From an uncultured Acidimicrobiia bacterium (GTDB lineage: Bacteria; Actinomycetota; Aquicultoria; CAJVYJ01; JAUVQD01): DNA of 64,000 bases. The DNA lies in assembly GCA_964196305.1 (NCBI GenBank), contig CAXMSJ010000008.1, positions 2,495 to 66,494 on the forward strand, read 5' to 3'. The notes below the pieces were generated by a model that saw nothing but the letters and a program-made list of their open reading frames with translations, was not told where the DNA came from and searched no databases. Position numbers and translations under genes: made by a program. Positions 48,949 through 58,160 of the stretch are shown piece after piece (position 1 is the stretch's first letter; every line of letters begins with the position of its first letter).

Positions 48949-49566
48949 TCAGTCTCTCTTTGACCCTGGTCGCCGACGTCTAAAGTACACCAGAGCCAGA
49001 GCGCCTAAGAGAATAACCGCTGGGATCAACCAGCCGACAGCCTTGAATACGCGCATGAGCGCGCCCCAGTTCTGACCGAAATAGAAGCCGAGGAGGCTGG
49101 CCGCGATTGTCCAAGTGATTATTCCCAGACTCGAAAAAACCAGGAACCTCCCGAACGGCATGTGGTGGGCTCCGGCGAGCGCCGGGATAAAGGCCTTGAT
49201 GCCGCTCATATAGCGCCCGACAAATACGGTTATTGGCCCGTGATTACTAAAATATCGGTCTGCCGCATCAAGCCTATCGCCGTCCATCCGCAACCTCTTG
49301 GCAATCCTCTCGATCAAGGCCCGCCCGCCCCAGCGCCCCATGAGATAGCTGATGTTTGAGCCAATAAAAGCGCCGCCCGTCGCAATCAAGATGACCTTGG
49401 ACAGCTCGAGCTCTCCACTGGCCGCCGTGAAACCAGCTGCTACCACTATCACCTCTCCAGGCATAAACGCTCCGATGACCGGGATATTCTCCAGGGCGGT
49501 CGCAAAAAAGAGAAAGTAATATCCATACGATATGAAAAGGCTCTGGACTGTCTCTAGCACCGCCAT
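48949..49566 (-). CDS. DedA/SNARE-associated family membrane protein
   Basis: 205 aa multi-TM protein with the DedA signature region (G...GRxxGxxR). Confidence 0.75.
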   Translation of the reverse strand: MAVLETVQSLFISYGYYFLFFATALENIPVIGAFMPGEVIVVAAGFTAASGELELSKVILIATGGAFIGSNISYLMGRWGGRALIERIAKRLRMDGDRLDAADRYFSNHGPITVFVGRYMSGIKAFIPALAGAHHMPFGRFLVFSSLGIITWTIAASLLGFYFGQNWGALMRVFKAVGWLIPAVILLGALALVYFRRRRPGSKRD

Positions 49567-49573
49567 TACCTAA

Positions 49574-50401
49574 CTAGGCGCCCAAAACCGTCAGGGAAAA
49601 ATCTACAGGAGCAGCCGCTTGTGTCAGGGCACCAACAGAGATTCTCTGGGCCCCGGCCCTCGCGATCGGACCAACTGTCTCCAAATTCACACCGCCCGAT
49701 ACCTCAATCACAGCCCGACCTTTGGCCAGGGCAATGGCCGAAGCTAGGGTGGTGATATCCATATTATCCAGCAAAATGATATCCGCCTCAGCGTCCAAGG
49801 CCATCCGCAGTTGCACAACGGTGTCCACCTCGACCTCAATCGTTTTTCCCGAGTGGGCAGCCCGAGCGGCGCTCACAGCTGCCATGAGATCCCGTCCGAC
49901 CAAATGATTGTCTTTGATCAATATGCCATCATAGAGTCCGAACCGGTGATTGACTCCTCCGCCCACCGTCACCGCCTCTTTCTCTAAAACCCTAAGACCG
50001 GGCAGCGTTTTTCGGGTATCGAAAATCTCTGCGTCAGTACCTTTGACTTCATCAACAAATCGACGTGTCAGGGTGGCTACGCCGCTCAAATGGGCCAAAA
50101 AATTGAGAGCTGTCCGCTCTGCTTTAAGAATACCTAAGAGCCCGCCCGAGACTGAAGCTACGACCGAGCCGCCGACAAAGTAATCACCGTCACCCACAAT
50201 CGGCTCCCAAACAACCGAGGGGTTGATCCTGTGAAAAACAGCCTCGGCTACTGTCATGCCCGCCGCCACCCCTGATTGATTAGCGACAATGTTGGCTTTA
50301 GCCTCTTCCTGCCCTACCAGGGCCTCGGTCGTGATGTCGACGAATGCCTCGCCAAGATCCTCAAGCAGAGCCGCCTCTATCAAGCGCGCATTGCCCTCCA
50401 T
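49574..50401 (-). CDS. nadC: Nicotinate-nucleotide pyrophosphorylase (carboxylating)
   Basis: QPRTase family. The likely start MEGNARLIE at 50401 gives an ATGA overlap with the nadB stop. Confidence 0.85.
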   Translation of the reverse strand: MEGNARLIEAALLEDLGEAFVDITTEALVGQEEAKANIVANQSGVAAGMTVAEAVFHRINPSVVWEPIVGDGDYFVGGSVVASVSGGLLGILKAERTALNFLAHLSGVATLTRRFVDEVKGTDAEIFDTRKTLPGLRVLEKEAVTVGGGVNHRFGLYDGILIKDNHLVGRDLMAAVSAARAAHSGKTIEVEVDTVVQLRMALDAEADIILLDNMDITTLASAIALAKGRAVIEVSGGVNLETVGPIARAGAQRISVGALTQAAAPVDFSLTVLGA

Positions 50402-51930
50402 CAATCGACTACCAAGTGGACACCGAGGCTCTGCCGCCTGGCGAGAGCCGCTACGACTATGAGGGTAGAGACTGTCAGCATGTTGACAGTCTCCCAATCG
50501 GCCTGACTTTGATATTCATAGTCAAGCAATTCGGCCCAGGCCCCCAACTTCGCCGCGGCCTCCTCCAGCCCCGCGACTGTCCGAACAACGCTAACATTCT
50601 CGTTCATTAAGTGTTGTAGTTGCGGTCTTAACCAATCCAGAGACTCCCCGACTTTGCGAGAGGCAACAGACAGGGCGGGTACGCGATCTATCGAGGCTCC
50701 CGGCTCGACCTCATCCAAAAGCACCTGGCCGATACGGCGACTAAAGACTACGCCCTCTAGCAGCGAATTACTTGCCAGCCGGTTAGCACCATGAACGCCG
50801 GTCGAGGCCACCTCACCGCTAGCATAGAGTCCCGGAACAGAAGTGCGGCCATAGAGATCAGTCCTGAGACCGCCGATCATATAGTGCGCCGCGGGCATCA
50901 CAGGAACTAAGTCTTTGGCGAGATCGAAACCTCGCTCTAGACAGTGCGCCCAGATCACCGGAAAACGGCTCTTTAGACGATCGGCGGGAATATGGCGAGC
51001 ATCAAGATAAACGTGGTCTATGCCATCCCGACGCGCCACCTCAACCAGTGACTGGCAGACCATGTCCCGCGGAGCGAGCTCAGCCAGAGGATGACGCCCG
51101 ACCATAAACCGCTCGCCGGACGCGTCTCGAAGATAGGCGCCCTCCCCTCGCAAGACCTCAGTGATCAGAAACCGCGGATTGGCCTCACTCTGCAAAGCAG
51201 TCGGATGGAATTGAATAAACTCAAAACCCGACAGCTCTACGCCCTTGCGCTCGGCCATCGCCTGTCCATCGCCAGTGGCGCCGCTGGGGTTCGTGGTCGC
51301 TTCATACACCTGGCCCATGCCGCCCGCGGCCAACACGACTGCCGCAGCCAAATAGACCACGAGACCACCGGCCGACTCATCAAAAACAAGAACTCCACGG
51401 CACCGTCCATCATCAACCAGAAGATCAATGACGAAAACGTCCTTCCTGAATGAAATATTCGAATTGCGGCCGACCGCCTCACTGAGACTGCGAGCGACTA
51501 CGCTACCCGTAGCATCGCCGGCATGAACAACGCGGGAGACACTGTGTCCCCCCTCGCGTCCCAACTGAAGTACGCCGTCGAGGCTATCAAAACCTGTCCC
51601 CAACTCGAGCAGCATCGCTACCGCCAAAGCCGCCTCGTTGACCAACACTTGAACCGCCTGAGGATCGCAAAGGCCGGATCCAGCTTCAAGAGTATCCTTG
51701 ATGTGCAGCGCAGCGGAGTCATCAGCTGCTAGTGGCGCAGCGATACCGCCCTGCGCATACCAAGTACTGGTCTGCTTCAGTCCGCTCTTGGCCAACACTT
51801 CGACCTTAAGATCGCGAGCAGCGACAACAGCCGCAGTCAGCCCGGCAATACCGCCACCGACAATAACAACATCACGATGCTCAACAGGTATTTTCTGAAG
51901 ATTAAAACCGACAAGATACTGGTGATTCAT
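50401..51930 (-). CDS. nadB: L-aspartate oxidase
   Basis: FAD dinucleotide-binding motif VVIVGGGIAGLTAA and succinate dehydrogenase/fumarate reductase flavoprotein fold. The likely start is the ATG at 51930 (MNHQYL). Confidence 0.85.
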   Translation of the reverse strand: MNHQYLVGFNLQKIPVEHRDVVIVGGGIAGLTAAVVAARDLKVEVLAKSGLKQTSTWYAQGGIAAPLAADDSAALHIKDTLEAGSGLCDPQAVQVLVNEAALAVAMLLELGTGFDSLDGVLQLGREGGHSVSRVVHAGDATGSVVARSLSEAVGRNSNISFRKDVFVIDLLVDDGRCRGVLVFDESAGGLVVYLAAAVVLAAGGMGQVYEATTNPSGATGDGQAMAERKGVELSGFEFIQFHPTALQSEANPRFLITEVLRGEGAYLRDASGERFMVGRHPLAELAPRDMVCQSLVEVARRDGIDHVYLDARHIPADRLKSRFPVIWAHCLERGFDLAKDLVPVMPAAHYMIGGLRTDLYGRTSVPGLYASGEVASTGVHGANRLASNSLLEGVVFSRRIGQVLLDEVEPGASIDRVPALSVASRKVGESLDWLRPQLQHLMNENVSVVRTVAGLEEAAAKLGAWAELLDYEYQSQADWETVNMLTVSTLIVVAALARRQSLGVHLVVD

Positions 51931-51936
51931 GGCGGA

Positions 51937-51945
51937 ATTATAGCA
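51937..51945 (-). promoter_or_regulatory. Extended -10 promoter element (TGcTATAAT) for nadB; predicts a leaderless transcript
   Basis: On the minus strand, TGCTATAAT occupies 51945-51937. The nadB ATG at 51930 sits exactly 7 nt downstream of the -10 hexamer, and no SD is present. Confidence 0.4.
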
Positions 51946-51978
51946 CGGGACTAGCGCCACCGGCTGTTGATAAAACAA

Positions 51979-52010
51979 AAAACGCCCCCTACCAAGGGCG
52001 TTTGTTGTTT
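51979..52010. terminator. Bidirectional rho-independent terminator (hairpin aACGCCC/GGGCGTt flanked by A- and T-tracts)
   Basis: Stem at 51981-51987 and 51996-52002 with an 8 nt loop. AAAAAA lies upstream and TTGTTGTTTT downstream on the plus strand, so it reads as a U-tract on both strands. Confidence 0.5.
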
Positions 52011-52050
52011 TGACGAAAGCTATTTTCGTATTTCTATTATCCGAAAAAGT

Positions 52051-52092
52051 TTTGAAGCAATTGTGAAGATGCTATAGGAGAGTTGTGAAGAT
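52051..52092. repeat. Periodic direct repeats of a TGAAG(A) motif (TTGTGAAGAT twice, 22 bp apart, plus a half-site 11 bp upstream)
   Basis: tTTGAAGcaa at 52051-60, TTGTGAAGAT at 52061-70 and again at 52083-92. The 11/22 bp phasing is typical of winged-helix (OmpR-type) regulator sites. They lie between two terminators in a non-coding island. Confidence 0.35.
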
Positions 52093-52111
52093 ACCGCTTG
52101 AGCCTGACAGC

Positions 52112-52141
52112 AAAAAGCGCCCGGGGCAGGGGCGCCTTTTT
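52112..52141. terminator. Bidirectional rho-independent terminator (GCGCCC / GGGCGC stem)
   Basis: Stem at 52117-52122 and 52130-52135 with a 7 nt loop. Flanked by AAAAA (52112-16) and CTTTTT (52136-41). Confidence 0.5.
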
Positions 52142-52315
52142 GCCATGAACATTGGCCGCAGTAAAAATAGTCATGTCGCTTAGTAGCACTGCCAAGCTGT
52201 AAAGGGGAATGTGGATAACTGCGGCCAATATCCATCTCGTCCCCCGACGGACTCTCGCCTGGCGAATCCCCTGCGCCGCCGGTAAGTCATATTATCAATC
52301 ATATTGTTGAAGAAC

Positions 52316-53872
52316 CTATGAAGATGGTGTGCGAGAACTGTGAATTTTTGCCTTCTTCTGAGTCTTCCTGAGATTAGTCGGCAAAATCACAGTGAACGTG
52401 CTGCCCTCACCCGGCCGACTGACAACCTCGATCGTACCTCCGTGCAGGTTGACCAGCTCTTTGGCAATAGTTAGGCCGATCCCAGAACCACCGGTAGCCC
52501 GATTGCGCGACTTGTCTACTCGATAAAAACGCTCAAATATGTGCGACTGAGCCTTCGAGTCGATACCAGCCCCTGTATCAACAATAGCCACGGTGGCCGT
52601 CTCTCCCTCGGCGCAACAGACGTCCACAGAAACAGAGCCGCCCGCGGCGGTAAACTTGATGGCATTACCAACAAGATTGACAATCACCTGGCGGATTTTG
52701 TCTTCGTCGAAGCAGCCGCTGATAGATGGTTCGCTGTTAACAGCCAAGGTAATATCATTTTCAGCCGCGAATGGCGCCAGTCCACTGATAACCTTTTCTA
52801 CCAGCTCTCCAAGATCGACGTCTTGCCTATCCAGCTCAAGTCGACCACTCTCTGCTTTAGCCAATTCACTTAAATCATTAATCAGCCGACCGAGCCGCAT
52901 GATCTCCTCGTGTATCGACTGCAGGTTCTCGGGATCGGGCTCCATCACTCTGTCCATATAAGCCTCGATATGGCTGCGAATCACCGACAGAGGCGTCCGC
53001 AGCTCGTGGGCGACGTCGGCGGTCAGGTTTTTGCGCATGCGCTCCTGGCGCTCCAACGTCTCCGCCAGGTGATTAAAAGCCGTCCCCAGCTGACCGATCT
53101 CGTCTTCGGTCTCGACTTCCACACGCTCGGAGAAGTCACCATCTTCCAGCTTCTTGGCCGCCCTGGTCATCGACACCAACGGTCTGGCCATCCTAGTAGA
53201 GACAACAAAAGCCAACAACAGCGCAATAACGGTAGCGACCATGCCCCCCACCACCAGCGAGCTGTTTAGAGACTGCCGAAAACGCAGCTCCGAGCTGAGT
53301 TCTCCGGAAACGCTCAACGGAGCGACCGAGATAAAACCAACCCGGTGTCCCTGCACGACAATCGGCACAACCACCCGATTCTTGCTGACCACATAGACCT
53401 TGGCCACTCCCAGCTGGTCTAATAGCTCTTGATTCTGTTCTTCATCATCCCCAAACGGCGCTTTTGTGATCATCCTGCCGCCGGCGTTGCGGACCTCGAT
53501 ATCGATGCGGTTCATCAAAGCGAAGTGCGGCAAGGCCTCAGTCAACTCGTTGTCCCAGCCACCGCTCTCAATATAGGCGGATGCCAGGGAGAGTCCGATC
53601 CGATGATAAACTTCTTTTTCCCGCTGATTGACATAACCCTGGAACCTGGTGTCGATCATGTAGTTAAGAATCAGATAAGCGGCCGCAATGGCCGAGAGAG
53701 CCACCGCAATAAAAACTAGCGCTAATCTCTGCCAAAGCTGGTCAGTCCGCAAATTTATAACCAACCCCGAATACGGTCTGAATATAGTCGGGGTTTTTGG
53801 AGTCAGCTTCGATCTTGTGGCGCAAGTTCTTGATGTGCGCATCGATAGTCCGCTCGTACCCCTCGAAATCAT
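52316..53872 (-). CDS. Sensor histidine kinase (TM, HAMP, HisKA, HATPase_c)
   Basis: H-box AHELRTPLS plus N, G1 (DTGAGI) and G2 (GGSGIGL) boxes. The annotated 5' end overlaps the regulator gene by 130 nt, so the true start is probably TTG at 53764 or 53752. Confidence 0.8.
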   Translation of the reverse strand: MISRGTSGLSMRTSRTCATRSKLTPKTPTIFRPYSGLVINLRTDQLWQRLALVFIAVALSAIAAAYLILNYMIDTRFQGYVNQREKEVYHRIGLSLASAYIESGGWDNELTEALPHFALMNRIDIEVRNAGGRMITKAPFGDDEEQNQELLDQLGVAKVYVVSKNRVVVPIVVQGHRVGFISVAPLSVSGELSSELRFRQSLNSSLVVGGMVATVIALLLAFVVSTRMARPLVSMTRAAKKLEDGDFSERVEVETEDEIGQLGTAFNHLAETLERQERMRKNLTADVAHELRTPLSVIRSHIEAYMDRVMEPDPENLQSIHEEIMRLGRLINDLSELAKAESGRLELDRQDVDLGELVEKVISGLAPFAAENDITLAVNSEPSISGCFDEDKIRQVIVNLVGNAIKFTAAGGSVSVDVCCAEGETATVAIVDTGAGIDSKAQSHIFERFYRVDKSRNRATGGSGIGLTIAKELVNLHGGTIEVVSRPGEGSTFTVILPTNLRKTQKKAKIHSSRTPSS

Positions 53873-54440
53873 ACCCCTGAACCTTGTTTATCAGTTCGTA
53901 CCGACTATAAACACGCCCCGGATGGCGCGCCAGAGTTACTAGTAGTTTGAATTCATGAGGAGTGAGCGTAATGACTTCATCGTTGACCCTTAGTTCGTGT
54001 CTGCTGACATCGACCACCATCCGACCGTCCCTGAAGGTTAGTTTCTCTGCCAAAAACTCATCTTCCCCTCCGACCCGCCGGAGAACAGACTTGACTCTTG
54101 CGACCAGCTCTCTGGGGCTAAAAGGTTTGGTGACATAATCATCAGCCCCGATGTCTAGCCCATGGATCCGCTCTTCCTCAGCCGTCCGCGCTGTCACCAT
54201 GATAATCGGTACATCCGACCGTCTGCGGAGTTCCCGGCAGACCTCTTCTCCGGACAAGTCCGGCAGCATCAGATCGAGAACAACCAGGTCGGGCGAGAAT
54301 GTGTCCGCCAACGTCAACGCCTCGGCGCCGGAAGCAGTCGTCTTAGCTGAGTAGCCCTCCCGATCGAGATAGGCCACTATGATATCGGCAATCTTTTTTT
54401 CGTCTTCCACTACGAGTATTTTTTTCAGATCCACCATCAT
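53742..54440 (-). CDS. OmpR/PhoB-family response regulator
   Basis: Receiver domain (VEDE...D...DLMLPD...K) and a winged-helix trans_reg_C domain. Confidence 0.85.
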   Translation of the reverse strand: MMVDLKKILVVEDEKKIADIIVAYLDREGYSAKTTASGAEALTLADTFSPDLVVLDLMLPDLSGEEVCRELRRRSDVPIIMVTARTAEEERIHGLDIGADDYVTKPFSPRELVARVKSVLRRVGGEDEFLAEKLTFRDGRMVVDVSRHELRVNDEVITLTPHEFKLLVTLARHPGRVYSRYELINKVQGYDFEGYERTIDAHIKNLRHKIEADSKNPDYIQTVFGVGYKFAD

Positions 54441-54525
54441 CCGATCCAGCTAAATCTACACCAATCCAGCATAACGATAAATTATGAATTTTTCGAGAAC
54501 TTTAGGGCAGCATCGCGGGCGCTGC

Positions 54526-55287
54526 TCACCCGTATTCAATTCGCTGCAGGCATAGACCCTTGGCTGGAGCTCGAACCCCAGCGGCCCCGACATCACCAGC
54601 GGCTAAGATCTCAGAAATTGTGGCGGCGCGTCTCTTCCCGGCCGCCACTTCAGCCAGAGTGCCGACGATCAAGCGCACCATGTGATGAAGAAATGCATTG
54701 GCGGTGATATCAATACACACTAGTCCGGAATCAGGCCCTGGCTCCTGACTTGCAAATATCTCCAGCGCCCTCACATCACGGACCATAGGGCCATCCTTGG
54801 CGACCGTAAAGGCAGAGAAGTCATAAGTGCCCACCAGAGCGCCGGCCGCCTCTCTGGCTGCCGTAAGATCGAGATCTCTCGCAATCCACCAGCTATGGTA
54901 ACGATGAAACGGCGAAGGCACCGGCCGATTGTAAAGCCGGTACCGGTATGTCCGGGCGGTGGCAGAATAACGCGCATGGAAATCGTCCGGCGCGCTATCA
55001 ATAGTACGAATCACGATCTCATCCGGCAAAACGCAGTTTACCCGCCACCGGAGCCAATCCGAATCGAATGGTGAAGCGGATCGAAAGTGCGCCACCTGGC
55101 CCAAAGCATGCACGCCGGCATCGGTGCGCCCGGCGCCGACGATACTGATGCGCTCGCGTAAGATCATCGTCAGCGCCCGCTCCAACTCGCCCTGGATGGT
55201 CCGTGCCTCCGGTTGGCGTTGCCAGCCGGAGAAGGGACGGCCGTCATACTCAATAGTCAGCTTCCAGTTATTTGGCTTGCTCGTCAT
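54526..55287 (-). CDS. truA: tRNA pseudouridine(38-40) synthase TruA
   Basis: PseudoU_synth_1 domain with catalytic Asp context (GAGRTDAGVHA). The likely start MTSKPNNWKL overlaps the ecfT stop. Confidence 0.85.
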   Translation of the reverse strand: MTSKPNNWKLTIEYDGRPFSGWQRQPEARTIQGELERALTMILRERISIVGAGRTDAGVHALGQVAHFRSASPFDSDWLRWRVNCVLPDEIVIRTIDSAPDDFHARYSATARTYRYRLYNRPVPSPFHRYHSWWIARDLDLTAAREAAGALVGTYDFSAFTVAKDGPMVRDVRALEIFASQEPGPDSGLVCIDITANAFLHHMVRLIVGTLAEVAAGKRRAATISEILAAGDVGAAGVRAPAKGLCLQRIEYG

Positions 55288-56090
55288 GACAACATCAGAT
55301 CGACCACCAGCATGCCCGTCACCACCAGGGTCCCTCCAAAAAGCCATAGATAGTCTCCGGGATTCAATTTAAGCTGATGCAGGCGTGAACGCCGCTCGCC
55401 ACCAGCATATCCCCTGGCCTCCATGGCCGTAGCAAGATCGTCGGCCCGACGGAAAGCTCCAACAAACAGAGGGATCAATACCGGCACCAATCCCCGGACA
55501 CGTTTGACGACAAACCCCGACTCAAAGTCTGCTCCTCGCGCTTTCTGGGCTCGGATTATCTCCTGAGCTTCATCAAGAAGGGTGGGAATGAATCGCAAGG
55601 CGATAGTGGTCATCAAGGCCAGTTCATGAACCGGCACCCCCAGGCGCTTGGTAGGTTTCAGCAGCGCCTCCAGCGCATCCGTCAAGGCCACCGGAGAAGT
55701 CGTCAGGGTGATAAAAGACGAGACGGTGATCACCATGACCAATCGCAAGCTGAAAAATGCCCCGCGGACCAAGCCGGCCCCGGTCGGCTGGAGCGGCCCG
55801 AACACCAAAAGCGGCTCCCCGGGCGTCAAGAAGAGGTGTATCGCCATGGTGAAAAAGAGAATAAAAACCAACGGGCGCAGACTGCGCCAGAGCCAGCGGA
55901 GCGGCAGCTTGGAAAAGAACAGGAGCAAAGGTACCACGGATAAAGCGCCTACCATGACTACGACCCGTTCAATGAAGAAGAGCGAGATAACAAAAGCCAA
56001 TATCATGATCAACTTAAACCGCGGATCAAGGCGATGAAGGGCCGAATCTACGGGAAAATATTGACCTAACGCCGGCGAGGAACCAATCAT
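55284..56090 (-). CDS. ecfT: Energy-coupling factor transporter transmembrane component EcfT
   Basis: 268 aa multi-TM CbiQ-family protein. Sits at the conserved ecfA-ecfA'-ecfT-truA position. Confidence 0.85.
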   Translation of the reverse strand: MIGSSPALGQYFPVDSALHRLDPRFKLIMILAFVISLFFIERVVVMVGALSVVPLLLFFSKLPLRWLWRSLRPLVFILFFTMAIHLFLTPGEPLLVFGPLQPTGAGLVRGAFFSLRLVMVITVSSFITLTTSPVALTDALEALLKPTKRLGVPVHELALMTTIALRFIPTLLDEAQEIIRAQKARGADFESGFVVKRVRGLVPVLIPLFVGAFRRADDLATAMEARGYAGGERRSRLHQLKLNPGDYLWLFGGTLVVTGMLVVDLMLS

Positions 56091-56935
56091 GCAGGCGCTC
56101 CCGGAAAGACTTTGATGATCGAATCAGCCAGCTCATCTACTGTCAATGGCTCGTCATCCAAGAGAAAGCCTTTCTCGGCCAGCCTCTTGGCGACAGTCGG
56201 GGCAGTGGCCAACTCTTGATCAGTCTTTGCCCGCTGAGAAAAGAGGGCCGAAGGAGTCGTATCATCGATTAATCGTCCGGCCTCAAAACCCAGAACACGC
56301 CCAGCACTTTCCGCCACGATGTCCAGATCATGCGTAATCATGAGAATCGTGGTTCCCGCCTGGTTTAACCCGCGTAGGTACTCCAGTAGTTCCTGGCGTC
56401 CGCGAGGATCTAGGCCAACAGTTGGTTCATCTAGTATCAACAAGGGAGGATCCATAACCAACACTCCGGCCATGGCGACCCTTCTCTTCTCGCCGCCACT
56501 AAGCGAGAATGGCGAGCGTTCTCCGTACTTTTGAATATCAAGTCCGACTCGCCTAAGCGCCGCTTCTACCGCCGCTTCTATCTCGGGGCCGGCCCACCCG
56601 GAGTTTTTGGGCCAAAAGGCCACATCAGCTGCGACCGTGGTTTCAAAAAGTTGCCTCTCGGGCTCCTGCATAACCAGCCCAACCAGATCGCGCAGATGCG
56701 ATCGGCTCGCCCTGTCCGACCACAAATCAACTCCGTCAAGCTCCACGGACCCCGCAGAAGGGCGCAGTAGGCCGGCCATGATCTGCGTCAGGGTGGACTT
56801 GCCTGATCCAGTCCGACCGATAACCGCAGCGAACTCGCCGGACTCAAGTGTGAACGAAACATCCGTTAATGCATCGGTTGCTGCCGGGCTCCCTTCCAGG
56901 TACACCAGGCTGATGTCAGTCAACTTGACGAGCAC
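56087..56935 (-). CDS. ecfA2: ECF transporter ATPase EcfA2
   Basis: ABC ATPase with Walker A (GRTGSGKST), signature (LSGGEKRR) and Walker B (LILDEPT). Confidence 0.85.
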   Translation of the reverse strand: MLVKLTDISLVYLEGSPAATDALTDVSFTLESGEFAAVIGRTGSGKSTLTQIMAGLLRPSAGSVELDGVDLWSDRASRSHLRDLVGLVMQEPERQLFETTVAADVAFWPKNSGWAGPEIEAAVEAALRRVGLDIQKYGERSPFSLSGGEKRRVAMAGVLVMDPPLLILDEPTVGLDPRGRQELLEYLRGLNQAGTTILMITHDLDIVAESAGRVLGFEAGRLIDDTTPSALFSQRAKTDQELATAPTVAKRLAEKGFLLDDEPLTVDELADSIIKVFPGAPA

Positions 56936-57753
56936 AAGCTGGAGACCACCTCCTCCACCGTGAGCAACTCGTCAGACGCGGGCAGGCCGGCAACGCACAA
57001 CCGACGGGCCAACACGTTTGGTTTAGGGGAATAGAGTGAAGCCCGATCCATTAGGGTGGCGTCTGTGAGCAGTTCCCGCGGGGGTCCGGTGGCGATTATC
57101 CGACCTTTATCCAAGACCAGTACAGTATCTGCCGCCACGGCCTCCTCGACAATATGAGTAATGTAGACCATGCCTACCGACTGTCGCTCCCGCAGCTCGG
57201 CCAGTACGGCTAGAATGTCCCGCCGCCCCTCTGGATCGAGCAACGACGTCGGCTCATCAAGCACTAGAAAACGCGGCTCCATGGCTAAGGCCCCGGCCAG
57301 AGCGACGCGCTGGCGCTGCCCGGCTGACAGGCGGTGGGGATCCTGACGCGCTAAATCCGGCAAGCCCACCGCTTCCAAGGATCGATCGACACGGCGGCGA
57401 ATCTCAGCCCGGTCCAGACCAAGGTTCTCGGGCCCAAAGGCCACGTCATCCTCGACCACGTTGGCCACCAGCTGATTGTCCGGGTTTTGAAAAACAAGGC
57501 CCACGGTCCGCCGGGCGAATAAGTCATTATGACCTCGGTCGATCCGGCGTCCGTCTATCCAGACCTCACCGTTGGTCGCAAAGAGCAGACCGTTTAGCAT
57601 TTTTGCTAGGGTTGATTTTCCGGAGCCGTTAGCCCCGAGCACCGCCATGAACGAGCCTGGCCTAACGACCAAGTCGGTAGCGGCCAAAGCGGAAACTGAC
57701 GCACCGCCGGCCACCGGGTAATCGAATGAGGCCCCTTTAAGCTCGATAGACAT
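56920..57753 (-). CDS. ecfA1: ECF transporter ATPase EcfA1
   Basis: ABC ATPase with Walker A (GANGSGKST), signature (LSAGQRQR) and Walker B (LVLDEPT). Located downstream of rplQ as in Bacillus. Confidence 0.85.
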   Translation of the reverse strand: MSIELKGASFDYPVAGGASVSALAATDLVVRPGSFMAVLGANGSGKSTLAKMLNGLLFATNGEVWIDGRRIDRGHNDLFARRTVGLVFQNPDNQLVANVVEDDVAFGPENLGLDRAEIRRRVDRSLEAVGLPDLARQDPHRLSAGQRQRVALAGALAMEPRFLVLDEPTSLLDPEGRRDILAVLAELRERQSVGMVYITHIVEEAVAADTVLVLDKGRIIATGPPRELLTDATLMDRASLYSPKPNVLARRLCVAGLPASDELLTVEEVVSSLCSSS

Positions 57754-57803
57754 AGGAAAAGTATATCAACAACTCAGGGAAACTACCGAAACATGTGGCC
57801 CTC

Positions 57804-58154
57804 TTAGACGAGTTCGATAAAAACTTGAGGGGCACCGTCGCCCTGGCGAGGTCCAAGCTTCGAGATGCGCGTATAGCCACCGGCACGGTCAGCATACTTC
57901 TCTGCCACTTCACTAAAGAGCTTGTGGACCAGCTCCCGATTGTGTACCTCGCCTAAAACCTGGCGCCTGGCGCTAACGTCACCACGCTTGGCAAGAGTGA
58001 TGAACTTGTCGACGACCGGTCGCACCTCTTTGGCTTTAGTTTCTGTCGTTCGGATGCGACCATGCTCAATGATCTGAGCGGCCATGGTACTCAAAATAGC
58101 CTTGCGATGACTGGCGTTAGCGCCGAGTTTCCGTCCCGATTTCTGGTGTCTCAT
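57804..58154 (-). CDS. rplQ: 50S ribosomal protein L17
   Basis: 116 aa starting [11 protein letters not shown], a typical L17 N-terminus. Confidence 0.95.
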   Translation of the reverse strand: MRHQKSGRKLGANASHRKAILSTMAAQIIEHGRIRTTETKAKEVRPVVDKFITLAKRGDVSARRQVLGEVHNRELVHKLFSEVAEKYADRAGGYTRISKLGPRQGDGAPQVFIELV

Positions 58155-58160
58155 CTTCCC

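Noticed and set aside
52020-52235. ORF-track minus-strand ORFs of 71 and 63 aa in the nadB/kinase intergenic island
   Set aside because: They span two rho-independent terminators, have no RBS, and their sequence is low-complexity. The region is better explained as non-coding (terminators plus direct repeats, possibly an sRNA).
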